NCBI GenBank assembly: GCA_964385735.1
Contig: CAYLQF010000001.1
Span: forward strand, 1-42,492
DNA from: an uncultured Ruminococcus sp.
GTDB lineage: Bacteria; Bacillota; Clostridia; Oscillospirales; Acutalibacteraceae
Reading direction: 5' to 3'
DNA: 42,492 nucleotides
Both the position numbers and the translations under genes were made by a program. Shown here piece after piece: positions 27,547 to 36,765 of the stretch. The notes under the pieces were generated by a model, which saw only the letters and a list, made by a program, of their open reading frames with translations, was not told the origin of the DNA and searched no databases. Position 1 is the stretch's first letter. The number at the start of each line of letters is the position of its first letter.

Positions 27547-29949
27547 ATGACTGAAAAAAGCGAAGTAAATATATTGCCCCTTATTCCGTTAAGGGGTATG
27601 GTGGCTTTTCCCCATATGGGGATGACCCTTAATATAGGCAGAAAAAAATCCGTGGCTGCGATTAAAAGAGCTATGGATAGGGACGGACTTGTTTTTGTAA
27701 TAGCACAGCGCAATGTCGAAATCCAAAACCCCAAGGTAGAGGATATTTATGAAATGGGCTGCGTGTGCAAGGTGCGCCAATGCTTTAATACACCCGATGG
27801 GTGTACTGCCTTTGTTGAGGGTATTTCCAGAGCAGAGCTGATCTGCTTTTTGGACAACGGCGATTACATAACCTCCACGGTAGAGGTTATGAAGGAGCAG
27901 GCTTATAAAGGCAAAGCCTCCTATGAAGCTGCGCTTCTTCGAAAAATCAAGGAAAGCTTTGAGGCTTACAAAGAGGTAAATACGGCAGTTCCCGAGGATA
28001 TAGCCTTAGCGGTTGCCGCTTCAGATAATTTGCCGAAGCTGTGCGATTATATTGCCTTCAGTTTGCCTGCTCCGTTTGACGACAAGCAGTTTGTTCTTGA
28101 AAAAACAAATATTTCCGCAAGAGCAAAAACGGTTTTACGGCTTCTTTCAAAGGAAACTCAGATAACCAAGATAGATCACCGTATATCCGAGCAGACTAAG
28201 GAGCGGATAGATGACTCTCACAGAGAATTCTACCTTAAGGAACAGATAAAGGCCATAAACGAAGAGCTTTACGGCGATGATAGCGGACCGGACGATATTG
28301 ATAAGCTTTTTGAGGCTGTTGAAGGTCTTAATGCAAACGACGGCGTTAAAGAAAAGCTCAACGATGAAATAAAAAAGCTCTTCAAAGCTCCCGCCGGCTC
28401 GCAGGACGGTGCGGTTTTGAGAGCATGGCTTGATTTGTGTCTTGCTCTGCCGTGGAACAATATGAGCAAATCAAGGGTTGACATAAATAAGGCACGGAAA
28501 ATTCTTGACCGTGATTTTTACGGAATGGAAAGGGTTAAGGAAAGAGTGCTTGAAATGCTTTCGGTTTACGCTCTTTCTCCCAATATAACGGGTCAGATAC
28601 TCTGCCTTGTGGGCCCGCCCGGTGTCGGTAAGACCTCTATCGGAAAAACGGTGGCGGAATGTATGGGAAGAGAATTTGCGAGGGTGTCTCTCGGCGGTCT
28701 TTACGATGAGGCCGAAATAAGGGGACACAGACGCACATATGTAGGCGCTATGCAGGGAAAAATAGTATCTGCCCTTAAAAACTGTAAAACCTCTAATCCT
28801 GTTATTCTTCTCGATGAAATAGACAAGGTCGGGAGAGACGGCAGGGGTGACCCCTGCGCTGCCCTGCTTGAGGTTCTCGACCCCGAGCAGAACGCTGCCT
28901 TTGTTGATAATTATGTTGATATACCGGTTGATTTGAGTAAGGTTGTTTTTATGACAACAGCTAACGATACCTCCCCTATACCTGCCCCCTTGCTTGACCG
29001 TATGGAGGTTATAAGTCTTGAGGGCTACACAAGGGAGGAAAAGCTTTGCATAGCTAAGAAGCATCTTATTTCAAAGCAGCTAAAAAAGCACGCTCTTACT
29101 AAGACCTTATGCAGAATATCCGACGGTGCGATTTACTCACTTATAGATTTTTACACAAGGGAGGCCGGCGTAAGAAGGCTTGAAAGAAGCATAGCCTCGC
29201 TTTGCTCAAAGTCGGCAAAGCTTATAGCCTCGGGAGAGAGGACGAGCGTAACCGTTAACGAAAAATGTGTTGAAGAAATGCTGGGTAAGAAAAAATACCG
29301 TCCCGAAAGTATACTTGAAAGCGATGAGACCGGAATAGTAAACGGCCTTGCATGGACGGCCGTGGGCGGAGAAATAATGCAGCTTGAGGTGCTTGCTTTA
29401 AACGGCAGCGGCAAAACTGTGCTTACCGGCTCTCTTGGAGAGGTTATGAAGGAATCGGCACAGGCAGCAGTAACCTTTGTAAGAGCAAACGCAAAAAAAT
29501 ACGGTATTGACGAAGACTTTTTCAAAACCAAGGATATTCATATCCACGCAACCGAGGCTGCCGTTCCGAAGGACGGTCCGTCTGCCGGAATAACCATAGC
29601 AACCGGTATTGTTTCCGCACTTACCGGTAAGAGGATAAAAAGGGAAATTGCAATGACCGGTGAAATAACCATAAAGGGCAGAGTGCTTCCGATAGGCGGT
29701 CTTAAGGAAAAGGCAATGGCTGCATACAGAGGCGGAGTTAAAGTCGTTTTCATTCCCAAGGAAAACATACCGGACCTTGAGGAGGTTGACGAAGTCGTAA
29801 GAAAGGGGCTTACCTTTATTCCCGTTGCCTTTGCGAGTGAGGTGCTTGAAAGGGCCTTTGCTTCTCAGGTTGAGGAAGCAACCGAAGAAATGCCTAAGGA
29901 AAGTGCTGTAATACCGTCGGTAACGAATAAAAGGAGAGCTACGGTATGA
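27547..29949 (+). CDS. lon: ATP-dependent Lon protease (LonA)
   Basis: Walker A GPPGVGKTS, catalytic Ser motif KDGPSAG and Lys motif GGLKEK. ATG at 27547 lies 5 nt after GGTGA and 1 nt after the upstream stop. Confidence 0.95.
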   Translation: MTEKSEVNILPLIPLRGMVAFPHMGMTLNIGRKKSVAAIKRAMDRDGLVFVIAQRNVEIQNPKVEDIYEMGCVCKVRQCFNTPDGCTAFVEGISRAELICFLDNGDYITSTVEVMKEQAYKGKASYEAALLRKIKESFEAYKEVNTAVPEDIALAVAASDNLPKLCDYIAFSLPAPFDDKQFVLEKTNISARAKTVLRLLSKETQITKIDHRISEQTKERIDDSHREFYLKEQIKAINEELYGDDSGPDDIDKLFEAVEGLNANDGVKEKLNDEIKKLFKAPAGSQDGAVLRAWLDLCLALPWNNMSKSRVDINKARKILDRDFYGMERVKERVLEMLSVYALSPNITGQILCLVGPPGVGKTSIGKTVAECMGREFARVSLGGLYDEAEIRGHRRTYVGAMQGKIVSALKNCKTSNPVILLDEIDKVGRDGRGDPCAALLEVLDPEQNAAFVDNYVDIPVDLSKVVFMTTANDTSPIPAPLLDRMEVISLEGYTREEKLCIAKKHLISKQLKKHALTKTLCRISDGAIYSLIDFYTREAGVRRLERSIASLCSKSAKLIASGERTSVTVNEKCVEEMLGKKKYRPESILESDETGIVNGLAWTAVGGEIMQLEVLALNGSGKTVLTGSLGEVMKESAQAAVTFVRANAKKYGIDEDFFKTKDIHIHATEAAVPKDGPSAGITIATGIVSALTGKRIKREIAMTGEITIKGRVLPIGGLKEKAMAAYRGGVKVVFIPKENIPDLEEVDEVVRKGLTFIPVAFASEVLERAFASQVEEATEEMPKESAVIPSVTNKRRATV

Positions 29950-30548
29950 TATGGGCAAATGCGGTTTTTGAAGCGGCATACGGCACGGCGGAGCAGCTGC
30001 CGGAATCCGATATTCCGGAAATATGCTTTTCGGGGCGCTCGAATGTGGGAAAATCCTCGCTTATAAACAAGCTTCTCGGTAGAAAGGCTCTTGCAAGGGT
30101 GAGCGCAACCCCCGGCAAAACGGTAACGGTAAATCTTTACCGTATTCCGAACGGAGAAGGCGATATTCGTCTTGCGGATCTTCCGGGGTATGGCTATGCC
30201 AAGGTTCCCTTTGAGGAAAAAAGCCGTTGGTCCGAGCTTATGGAGAGCTACTTCGGCTCGGGTCGCAGAATAGCTCTTTGCTTACAGCTCATAGATATGA
30301 GAAGGTCGCCTACGGATTTTGATATTTCCATGCTTAAATTTTTAAGGCATTACGCAATACCCACTGCCGTTGTTATGACAAAAAGCGATAAGCTGAACAA
30401 AACAGAGCTTTCGGTACAGACCGAGCTTATAAAAAAAGAGGTTGAAAAAATATGCCCGAATGCTCCCGTGCTCCCCTTTTCCGCACTTAAGGGAACGGGT
30501 GTTCAGGAGATAAGGGAAGCGATTTTGGCGGCTGTAGGCGCCAAATAA
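29946..30548 (+). CDS. engB: Ribosome biogenesis GTPase EngB/YihA (YsxC)
   Basis: G1 GRSNVGKSSLIN, G3 DLPGYG, G4 TKSDK. ATGA overlap with lon, matching the conserved lon-ysxC pairing. Confidence 0.9.
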   Translation: MIWANAVFEAAYGTAEQLPESDIPEICFSGRSNVGKSSLINKLLGRKALARVSATPGKTVTVNLYRIPNGEGDIRLADLPGYGYAKVPFEEKSRWSELMESYFGSGRRIALCLQLIDMRRSPTDFDISMLKFLRHYAIPTAVVMTKSDKLNKTELSVQTELIKKEVEKICPNAPVLPFSALKGTGVQEIREAILAAVGAK

Positions 30549-30552
30549 GGGG

Positions 30553-30581
30553 TTGACAACCCTAAAAACAGATGATATAAT
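30553..30581 (+). promoter_or_regulatory. Consensus sigma-A promoter of the asnS-asnA leader
   Basis: TTGACA (30553-30558), 17-nt spacer, TGaTATAAT (30573-30581). Confidence 0.75.
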
Positions 30582-30587
30582 TTTACC

Positions 30588-30868
30588 GTACTTAAAGGCT
30601 ATGACGGAGAAAAGTATCGGCAAAGGCGATGTAAAGTGAGCCGCAGGCAGTGGAAATGCGGTGATGCGCAGGTCGTGAAGAACACTCTCGATGCCGCAAT
30701 CCGAACCCTCTAAGGCTTTTCAAGGGGCAGTAGGTGCGCCGTATTTAATGCGTTAAATTAAGCGTCGGTCTTATGGCTGATAAGAGAGGTCGCTTTTGCG
30801 ACAAATCGGGTGGCACCACGGATAATGCGTCTATTCGTCCTGATGATAGGGACCTATAGACGCTTTTT
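30588..30868 (+). promoter_or_regulatory. T-box riboswitch leader, Asn specifier (AAC)
   Basis: Conserved T-box sequence AAATCGGGTGGCACCACGG (30803-30821). Candidate specifier AAC-A at 30681-30684 sits on the 3' side of Stem I (CGGCA 30618-30622 / TGCCG 30692-30696). A terminator lies at 30827-30868. An Asn-related operon lies downstream. Confidence 0.85.
30827..30868 (+). terminator. T-box expression-platform terminator
   Basis: GCGTCTAT (30827-30834) / ATAGACGC (30856-30863) with an inner GTCC/GGAC pairing, followed by TTTTT. Confidence 0.8.
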
Positions 30869-30899
30869 GTATATTTTTATATATTTACGGAGGAAAAAT

Positions 30900-32276
30900 A
30901 TGAAGCATACGGATATTGTCGACATTTTAAAGGACAAAGCATATATCGGAAAAAAGGTTACTGTTTGCGGTTGGGTTCGCACCTCAAGAGACTCTAAAAA
31001 TATGGCGTTTTTAGAGCTTAACGACGGTACTTCATTAAAGCATCTGCAAATAGTTATCGATAAAGCGAAAATTTCGGAAATTTCAGAATATATGAAGCTC
31101 GGAGCCTCTCTTAAGGTAGAGGGAGAAGCGGTAAAATCGGTAGTTGCCGAGGATTCGGTTGAAATAAACGCAGAGCAGATAAGCGTTTTGGGAGTATGCC
31201 CGCCGGAATATCCTCTCCAGAAAAAGAGACATACGCTTGAATATCTGCGCACCATTCCCGCACTCAGGGTAAGGACCAACACCTTTAATGCGGTATTCAG
31301 GGTACGCTCGGTTGTTTCGGCATCAATTCACGAATTTTTCCAAAGCAGACACTATACCTATATTCATACGCCTCTCATAACCGCAAGCGACTGTGAGGGG
31401 GCAGGTGAGATGTTCAAGGTTACAAGCATAGGCTTCAGCAATGAATATAAAACCGAGGAGGAATACAACGAGGCTGACTTTTTCGGCAAAAAGGCAGCGC
31501 TTTCGGTATCGGGTCAGCTTGAGGGCGAGGTTGCCGCAATGGGACTCGGTAAGATATATACCTTCGGTCCCTCCTTCAGAGCCGAAAAGAGCAATACTCC
31601 CCGCCATGTTGCCGAGTTCTGGCATGTTGAGCCCGAGGTTGCCTTTGCCGAGCTTCCCGATATAATCGAAATAGCCGAGGCGCTTATAAAGCATATAATA
31701 AATTCCGTTCTTGAAAAATGTCCCGAGGAGCTTAGATTTTTCGATGCCCATTTTGAAAAAGGGCTTATAGATAAGCTCACCTCTGTTGTAAGCCACGATT
31801 TTGCGGTTATGACCTATACAGAGGCAATAGAAAGGCTGAAGGCGTGCGGAGAAAAATTCCAGTATCCCGTTGAATGGGGCTGCGACCTTATGACAGAGCA
31901 CGAGAGGTATATTTCGGAGGTAATCTGCAAAAAGCCTGTGTTCCTTACTGATTATCCTAAGGAAATAAAATCGTTTTATATGAAGCAAAATCCCGACGGT
32001 AAAACCGTTGCGGCAACCGATTTGCTGGTGCCGGGGGTAGGAGAAATAATAGGCTGCAGCGAAAGAGAGGCCGACCTTGATAAGCTGCTTGAGGCTATGC
32101 GCTCAAGAGGTATGTGTCTTGACGATTATAACGACTATATATCTTTGCGCCGCTTCGGAAGTGTTCCGCACAGCGGCTTCGGTCTCGGACTTGAACGCAT
32201 AATTATGTATGTTACCGGAGTTTCAAATATAAGGGATGTTATTCTTTATCCTCGCACGGTAGGCAATATTTCCTGA
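30900..32276 (+). CDS. asnS: Asparagine--tRNA ligase
   Basis: ATG at 30900 follows GGAGG (30889-30893). Class II motifs include TFGPSFRAEKSNTPRHVAEFWHVEPE (AsnRS-type) and GFGLGLERI. The track start at 30810 is a GTG inside the T-box sequence. Confidence 0.9.
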   Translation: MKHTDIVDILKDKAYIGKKVTVCGWVRTSRDSKNMAFLELNDGTSLKHLQIVIDKAKISEISEYMKLGASLKVEGEAVKSVVAEDSVEINAEQISVLGVCPPEYPLQKKRHTLEYLRTIPALRVRTNTFNAVFRVRSVVSASIHEFFQSRHYTYIHTPLITASDCEGAGEMFKVTSIGFSNEYKTEEEYNEADFFGKKAALSVSGQLEGEVAAMGLGKIYTFGPSFRAEKSNTPRHVAEFWHVEPEVAFAELPDIIEIAEALIKHIINSVLEKCPEELRFFDAHFEKGLIDKLTSVVSHDFAVMTYTEAIERLKACGEKFQYPVEWGCDLMTEHERYISEVICKKPVFLTDYPKEIKSFYMKQNPDGKTVAATDLLVPGVGEIIGCSEREADLDKLLEAMRSRGMCLDDYNDYISLRRFGSVPHSGFGLGLERIIMYVTGVSNIRDVILYPRTVGNIS

Positions 32277-32293
32277 TAAGAGGGACTTTTAAT

Positions 32294-33283
32294 ATGGAAA
32301 AATATATTAAAAAGCTTGATGTTCTCGAAACACAGAAGGCTATAAGGTCTTTAAGGCACAGATTTGAGGAAAATTTGTGTGACGGACTTAATTTAAGCCG
32401 TGCCTCGGCTCCGCTTTTTGTTAAAAAGGGAAGCGGAATAAACGATGATTTAAACGGCGTTGAACGCCCTGTTTCTTTTGATATTCTCGAAACGGGTGAC
32501 GATATGGAGGTTGTTCATTCGCTTGCGAAATGGAAGAGAATGGCTCTCGGGAAATATCACTTTCCTATGCATACGGGGCTTTATACTGATATGAACGCTA
32601 TCCGCAGGGATGAGGTGTGCGATCCCATACATTCGATATATGTCGATCAATGGGATTGGGAAAAGGTGATATCCAAGGAGGATCGCACCGTTGATTATCT
32701 TAAGGATACCGTTTACAGAATTTATTCTGCTATTTTAAACACTGCCGACGGTGTGGAAAGGCTCTATCCTCAGCTTGATAGCTATCTTCCGAGGAAAATT
32801 AAAATGATAACTACCTACGAGCTCGAGGAGCGTTATCCCGAGCTTACACCGAAGCAGAGAGAAAATGCCGCCGCAAAGGAATACGGAGCGCTGTTCCTTA
32901 TGCAGATAGGCGGCAGACTTAAAAACGGCGAGAAGCACGACGGCAGGGCTCCCGATTATGACGATTGGAGCTTAAACGGTGACATAATAGTTTATAACCG
33001 TGTTACCGATGCGGCATTTGAGCTATCCTCTATGGGAATAAGGGTTGATAAGGAAGCTCTTGTAAGGCAGCTTGAAGCCGAAAATATGCTTGACAGACTG
33101 AAGCTTCCGTTCCATAAAGCGCTTATGAACGATGAGCTTCCCCTCACTATAGGCGGGGGAATAGGGCAATCAAGGCTGTGTATGCTCTTACTGCAAAAGG
33201 CTCATATAGGGGAGGTTCATGCCTCTGTTTGGCCACAGTCGCAGATAGCTTACTGTAAAAAAATAGGCGCTGAGCTGCTTTAA
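32294..33283 (+). CDS. asnA: Aspartate--ammonia ligase (asparagine synthetase A)
   Basis: 329-aa ORF with AsnA-type motifs (LNGVERPVSF, DQWDWEKVI, GGGIGQSRLCMLLL). Confidence 0.9.
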   Translation: MEKYIKKLDVLETQKAIRSLRHRFEENLCDGLNLSRASAPLFVKKGSGINDDLNGVERPVSFDILETGDDMEVVHSLAKWKRMALGKYHFPMHTGLYTDMNAIRRDEVCDPIHSIYVDQWDWEKVISKEDRTVDYLKDTVYRIYSAILNTADGVERLYPQLDSYLPRKIKMITTYELEERYPELTPKQRENAAAKEYGALFLMQIGGRLKNGEKHDGRAPDYDDWSLNGDIIVYNRVTDAAFELSSMGIRVDKEALVRQLEAENMLDRLKLPFHKALMNDELPLTIGGGIGQSRLCMLLLQKAHIGEVHASVWPQSQIAYCKKIGAELL

Positions 33284-33291
33284 GCCGTAGC

Positions 33292-34056
33292 TTAGTGCTC
33301 GGTAAAGCGCTTATAAGCGGCGGGAGAAGCTTTTTCGGCTTTTACAAAGGTCTTATACATATGCGAATAATCGGAAAAGCCGCATTCCTCGGCTATGTTT
33401 TCCATAGAGGTGTCGGAGGCCTCCATAAGTGCCTTGGCCTTGTTAATTCTTAATTGACTGAGGTATTTCATAGGCGTTACACCGTAAAAATCGGAGAATA
33501 TTTTTATAAGGGTATTTTTGGTGTAATTGTATTTAACGCAAAACTGCTCAAGTGTTAATTTTTCACTTAAATGCTCTGACATATCCGCTGCCATATTTCT
33601 TGCAAGCTCTTCCGACGGGCTTGTCGGCTGAACTCGAAACAGCTTAGTAACAATGCCGTAGAAAATACCCGTTTTTATTACATTCGGCATATCTGAGCCT
33701 TGGGCACGCTCAAGGTTTTTTATATCCGGCATAATATCATATTCGGAAAAGCTGCCCCGTTTTTTAAGAAACGGGGCATTTTCTGTCCATTCACCTAAAA
33801 ATTCTATGTAAAAATATTTGGGATGCTCGCTTGGAATACGCCCCTCTTGAAGCAGACCGTGCCTTTGAATATAATATTCACCCTGTGAAAGGCTTATATC
33901 CTCGCCGTCCTCGGTAAAATGCAAGACACCGCCGAGCATAAGAATTAAAACATCAAAGCCGAAGCGTCTGTTTACATGGCGCTCGTTTTCATTGAAAAAT
34001 CGCATAGATGAAATTCTGTATTTTAGAGGATAGCTTAAGCTTAAACCCGATTCCAT
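33292..34056 (-). CDS. AraC-family transcriptional regulator
   Basis: 254-aa ORF with a cupin-like N-terminus and a C-terminal AraC HTH (MENIAEECGFSDYSHMYKTFVKAEKASPAAYKR). Divergent from the glycosidase-like gene. Confidence 0.85.
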   Translation of the reverse strand: MESGLSLSYPLKYRISSMRFFNENERHVNRRFGFDVLILMLGGVLHFTEDGEDISLSQGEYYIQRHGLLQEGRIPSEHPKYFYIEFLGEWTENAPFLKKRGSFSEYDIMPDIKNLERAQGSDMPNVIKTGIFYGIVTKLFRVQPTSPSEELARNMAADMSEHLSEKLTLEQFCVKYNYTKNTLIKIFSDFYGVTPMKYLSQLRINKAKALMEASDTSMENIAEECGFSDYSHMYKTFVKAEKASPAAYKRFTEH

Positions 34057-34171
34057 ATAATCACCGCCTTTATTTTATAACAATACTGTGATATTTGCAA
34101 TGATTTATTCGATTTTTTCAATGGTATTCGGAAAAACTGTGTGATAATATCAATGTGAAAGGAGCGGTTGT

Positions 34172-36535
34172 ATGAAAAAACGCCTTTTAAAAACGATATC
34201 TGTTTTATTGGTGGGTGTCTTTATGCTTTCGGGCTGTGGGGAAAATAAAGAAAAAAAGAAAAATGTAAATTCGGTGCAGTCAGGGGAAGCAACTGCGGTA
34301 AATCCTCTTGACGGGATAAGCTTTTATGCTTTAAGCGCCGGAGAGGTGCAGGCCGAGGGCTGGCTTAGAAATCAGCTTGTGCTGCTTGCGGAAAATATGG
34401 CAGCTGATTTTGAAAGCATTTCGCCTACTGTGAAAGCAACCGGTGATGACCGCTCCGGCTGGCTCGGAGGTACGGGCGAAAGCTGGGAGCGCAGTGCGTA
34501 TTATGTGAGGGGTCTTGTTTCCTTAGGCTATACCTTAAACGATGAAAAGCTGAAAAAGCAGGCGCAGAAATGGTTGGATTGGACGCTCGAAAGTCAAAGT
34601 GAGTCCGGTCTGTTCGGGCCCTATGCGAATAACGAGGAGCAGTTTGACGACTGGGCTGTTATGCCTATGCTTTTGGCTTTAGAGGAATATTACGATGCCT
34701 CGGGTGATGAGCGGGTTATACCTTTTCTTCAAAAATATTTTAAGTATCAGTCGGAAAATATAGGCAGCATTATAGAGACGGGCTCGTGGGCTTATTGGAG
34801 AGCTTGCGATAATATATATGCCGTATGGTGGCTTTGGAACAAAACGGGTGACGATTCTCTCAAGGATTTATGTATAAGGCTTGAAGCCAAGGGCTATAAA
34901 TGGAGCACCGCCTACCGTGAAAATATTTTCGATAAGGAAAATAACTACCATATAGTAAATATACATCAAGCCCTCAAGCTGTATCCGACTATGTATGCCC
35001 TAACCGGCAAGGAGGGGTATCTTACATCTTATTACGAGGGACTTGAAAGCCTGTATATATCCTCCGTTCGGCAGGACGGTATGTCCAACGGCGATGAATA
35101 TCTAAGAGGCAATTCCGCAACCTACGGAACCGAGACCTGCGCTGTGGCGGAGCGTATTCTTTCGGATAAAATTTCACTTCTCTTTACCAAAGACCCTACA
35201 GTTGCGGACAGCCTTGAAAATGTTGCGTATAACTGTCTGCCTCAGCAATTGCTGTCCGACGGTAAGGGATATGCGTATTTTACAATGCAAAATCAGATAG
35301 ATGCTTCACTTGGCAGCAAGGGCTTTCTCACCGAATACGGAACCGGCTTATGCTACGGTACTCCGAGCGGATGTCCCTGCTGTGCGCATAATTATCTTAT
35401 GGCTTGGCCGGAATTTGTTCAGAGTATGTGGATGAAAACCAGCGATAACGGGCTTGCGGTAGGCTCCTACGGCCCGAACACCGTAACCGCCGACCTCGGA
35501 GATAAGGGCAGGCTTACGGTTAAAGAGGAAACGAATTATCCCTATGAGGAGACCGTTAAGCTTACAATCACTCCCGAAAAGGACGGCACCGAATGTCCGC
35601 TGTATCTCAGAATTCCCGAGTGGTGCGAGGGAGCTTCACTTAAAATAAACGGCAAGACGGAGGATACGGTGCTTCGTGCAGGAGAGTATGTAAAGCTTCT
35701 GCGAGGCTGGAAAAGCGGCGATACTGTAGAGCTTGTATTTCCTATGAGCTTTAAGGCTACCTTTACCGAAAACAACAGTGTGAGCATAAAATACGGAGCG
35801 GTTTTGTTTGCGGTAAAAATAGACGAAAGCAAGCAAAAAACAACCTATACGAATAATTATAATAAGGATTATGATTATCTCGGCGGCAAGTATTTGAATT
35901 ATAACATTACCGCCGTCTCCGATTGGAATTTTGCTCTAAAGGACTTTAATTTTAATGATGTTGCTTCTAATTTTACCGTTTCGAAAAAATCGATAACCGA
36001 TAATATGAGCTATGAGCAGTCCGAAGCGCCTATTGTGCTTACGGCAAAGGGTATTAAGGTAACAACATGGTGCGCAAATTCCAAAAATGTTGCCGAAAAG
36101 CCTCCGGTTTCTCCGGTTACAGGTGAAAATCTCGGAGAAAGCTCGGATATAACCCTTATACCTTATGCCTTTTCAAGGCTTCGTATCACTATGATACCGT
36201 GGACGGGGTCGAGCGCTGTCGAATACACGGCCGACAAAAGCTACAGCGATGAGAGTAGCATAAGTCTAAGCGGAATTATAGTACCGGACAGCTCGGATTA
36301 TGACGGTAGGATAACCTTCTTTATTTCCTATCAGTCGAGCAGCGACCTTTATTTGCGCCTTTATATAAACAAATCGGAAAATTCTCAGATTTTGAATTTT
36401 AAAAAGGGCGAAAATACGATTGAAATATCATATCCTTATGAAAGCTGCTTTGAAAAAAACAATCTTCTTAAATTTGAAACGGTTGACGGCTCGGCGCTCC
36501 CTGAGGATTTTACCGTATCCGTTATGGTAGGATGA
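34172..36535 (+). CDS. GH127/GH146-like (DUF1680) putative beta-L-arabinofuranosidase, lipoprotein
   Basis: Lipobox MLSGC/GE. Cys/Glu-containing motifs GTETCAVAE and GCPCCAHNY resemble the Zn-Cys catalytic centre motifs (E-x-C ... C-C) of GH127 as I recall them. 787 aa. Confidence 0.55.
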   Translation: MKKRLLKTISVLLVGVFMLSGCGENKEKKKNVNSVQSGEATAVNPLDGISFYALSAGEVQAEGWLRNQLVLLAENMAADFESISPTVKATGDDRSGWLGGTGESWERSAYYVRGLVSLGYTLNDEKLKKQAQKWLDWTLESQSESGLFGPYANNEEQFDDWAVMPMLLALEEYYDASGDERVIPFLQKYFKYQSENIGSIIETGSWAYWRACDNIYAVWWLWNKTGDDSLKDLCIRLEAKGYKWSTAYRENIFDKENNYHIVNIHQALKLYPTMYALTGKEGYLTSYYEGLESLYISSVRQDGMSNGDEYLRGNSATYGTETCAVAERILSDKISLLFTKDPTVADSLENVAYNCLPQQLLSDGKGYAYFTMQNQIDASLGSKGFLTEYGTGLCYGTPSGCPCCAHNYLMAWPEFVQSMWMKTSDNGLAVGSYGPNTVTADLGDKGRLTVKEETNYPYEETVKLTITPEKDGTECPLYLRIPEWCEGASLKINGKTEDTVLRAGEYVKLLRGWKSGDTVELVFPMSFKATFTENNSVSIKYGAVLFAVKIDESKQKTTYTNNYNKDYDYLGGKYLNYNITAVSDWNFALKDFNFNDVASNFTVSKKSITDNMSYEQSEAPIVLTAKGIKVTTWCANSKNVAEKPPVSPVTGENLGESSDITLIPYAFSRLRITMIPWTGSSAVEYTADKSYSDESSISLSGIIVPDSSDYDGRITFFISYQSSSDLYLRLYINKSENSQILNFKKGENTIEISYPYESCFEKNNLLKFETVDGSALPEDFTVSVMVG

Positions 36536-36537
36536 GT

Positions 36538-36584
36538 AAAACGAAAATCCGATTATCAAATGTGATGATCGGATTTTCGTTTTT
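36538..36584 (+). terminator. Rho-independent terminator after the glycosidase-like gene
   Basis: AAAACGAAAATCCGAT (36538-36553) / ATCGGATTTTCGTTTT (36568-36583): a 16-bp perfect stem running into a T tract. Confidence 0.85.
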
Positions 36585-36631
36585 GTGCACAAGCTGAAAT
36601 TACGATTTCGATAATTATTCTGCTGTGCTTT

Positions 36632-36672
36632 TTCAAATTTTTCAATCATTTTTCAATATTCTGTGCTATAAT
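36632..36672 (+). promoter_or_regulatory. Promoter with phased direct repeats (putative response-regulator box) upstream of the RR gene
   Basis: TTCAAATTT (36632-36640), TTCAATCAT (36641-36649), tt, TTCAATATT (36652-36660), 6 nt, then extended -10 TGcTATAAT (36664-36672). Confidence 0.55.
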
Positions 36673-36765
36673 GGTTGTTGAAAATTGAAATGAATATAGA
36701 AAATACCTTTAAGAGCTTCGACATTTTATAATCATTATAATAGGACATAATCGGGAGGTGTCGGT

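Noticed and set aside
30810-30899. N-terminal 30-aa extension of the asnS ORF in the track (GTG start at 30810).
   Set aside because: The GTG is part of the conserved T-box sequence GGGTGGCACC. The extension runs through the leader terminator. The ATG at 30900 has a GGAGG SD and matches the normal AsnRS N-terminus.
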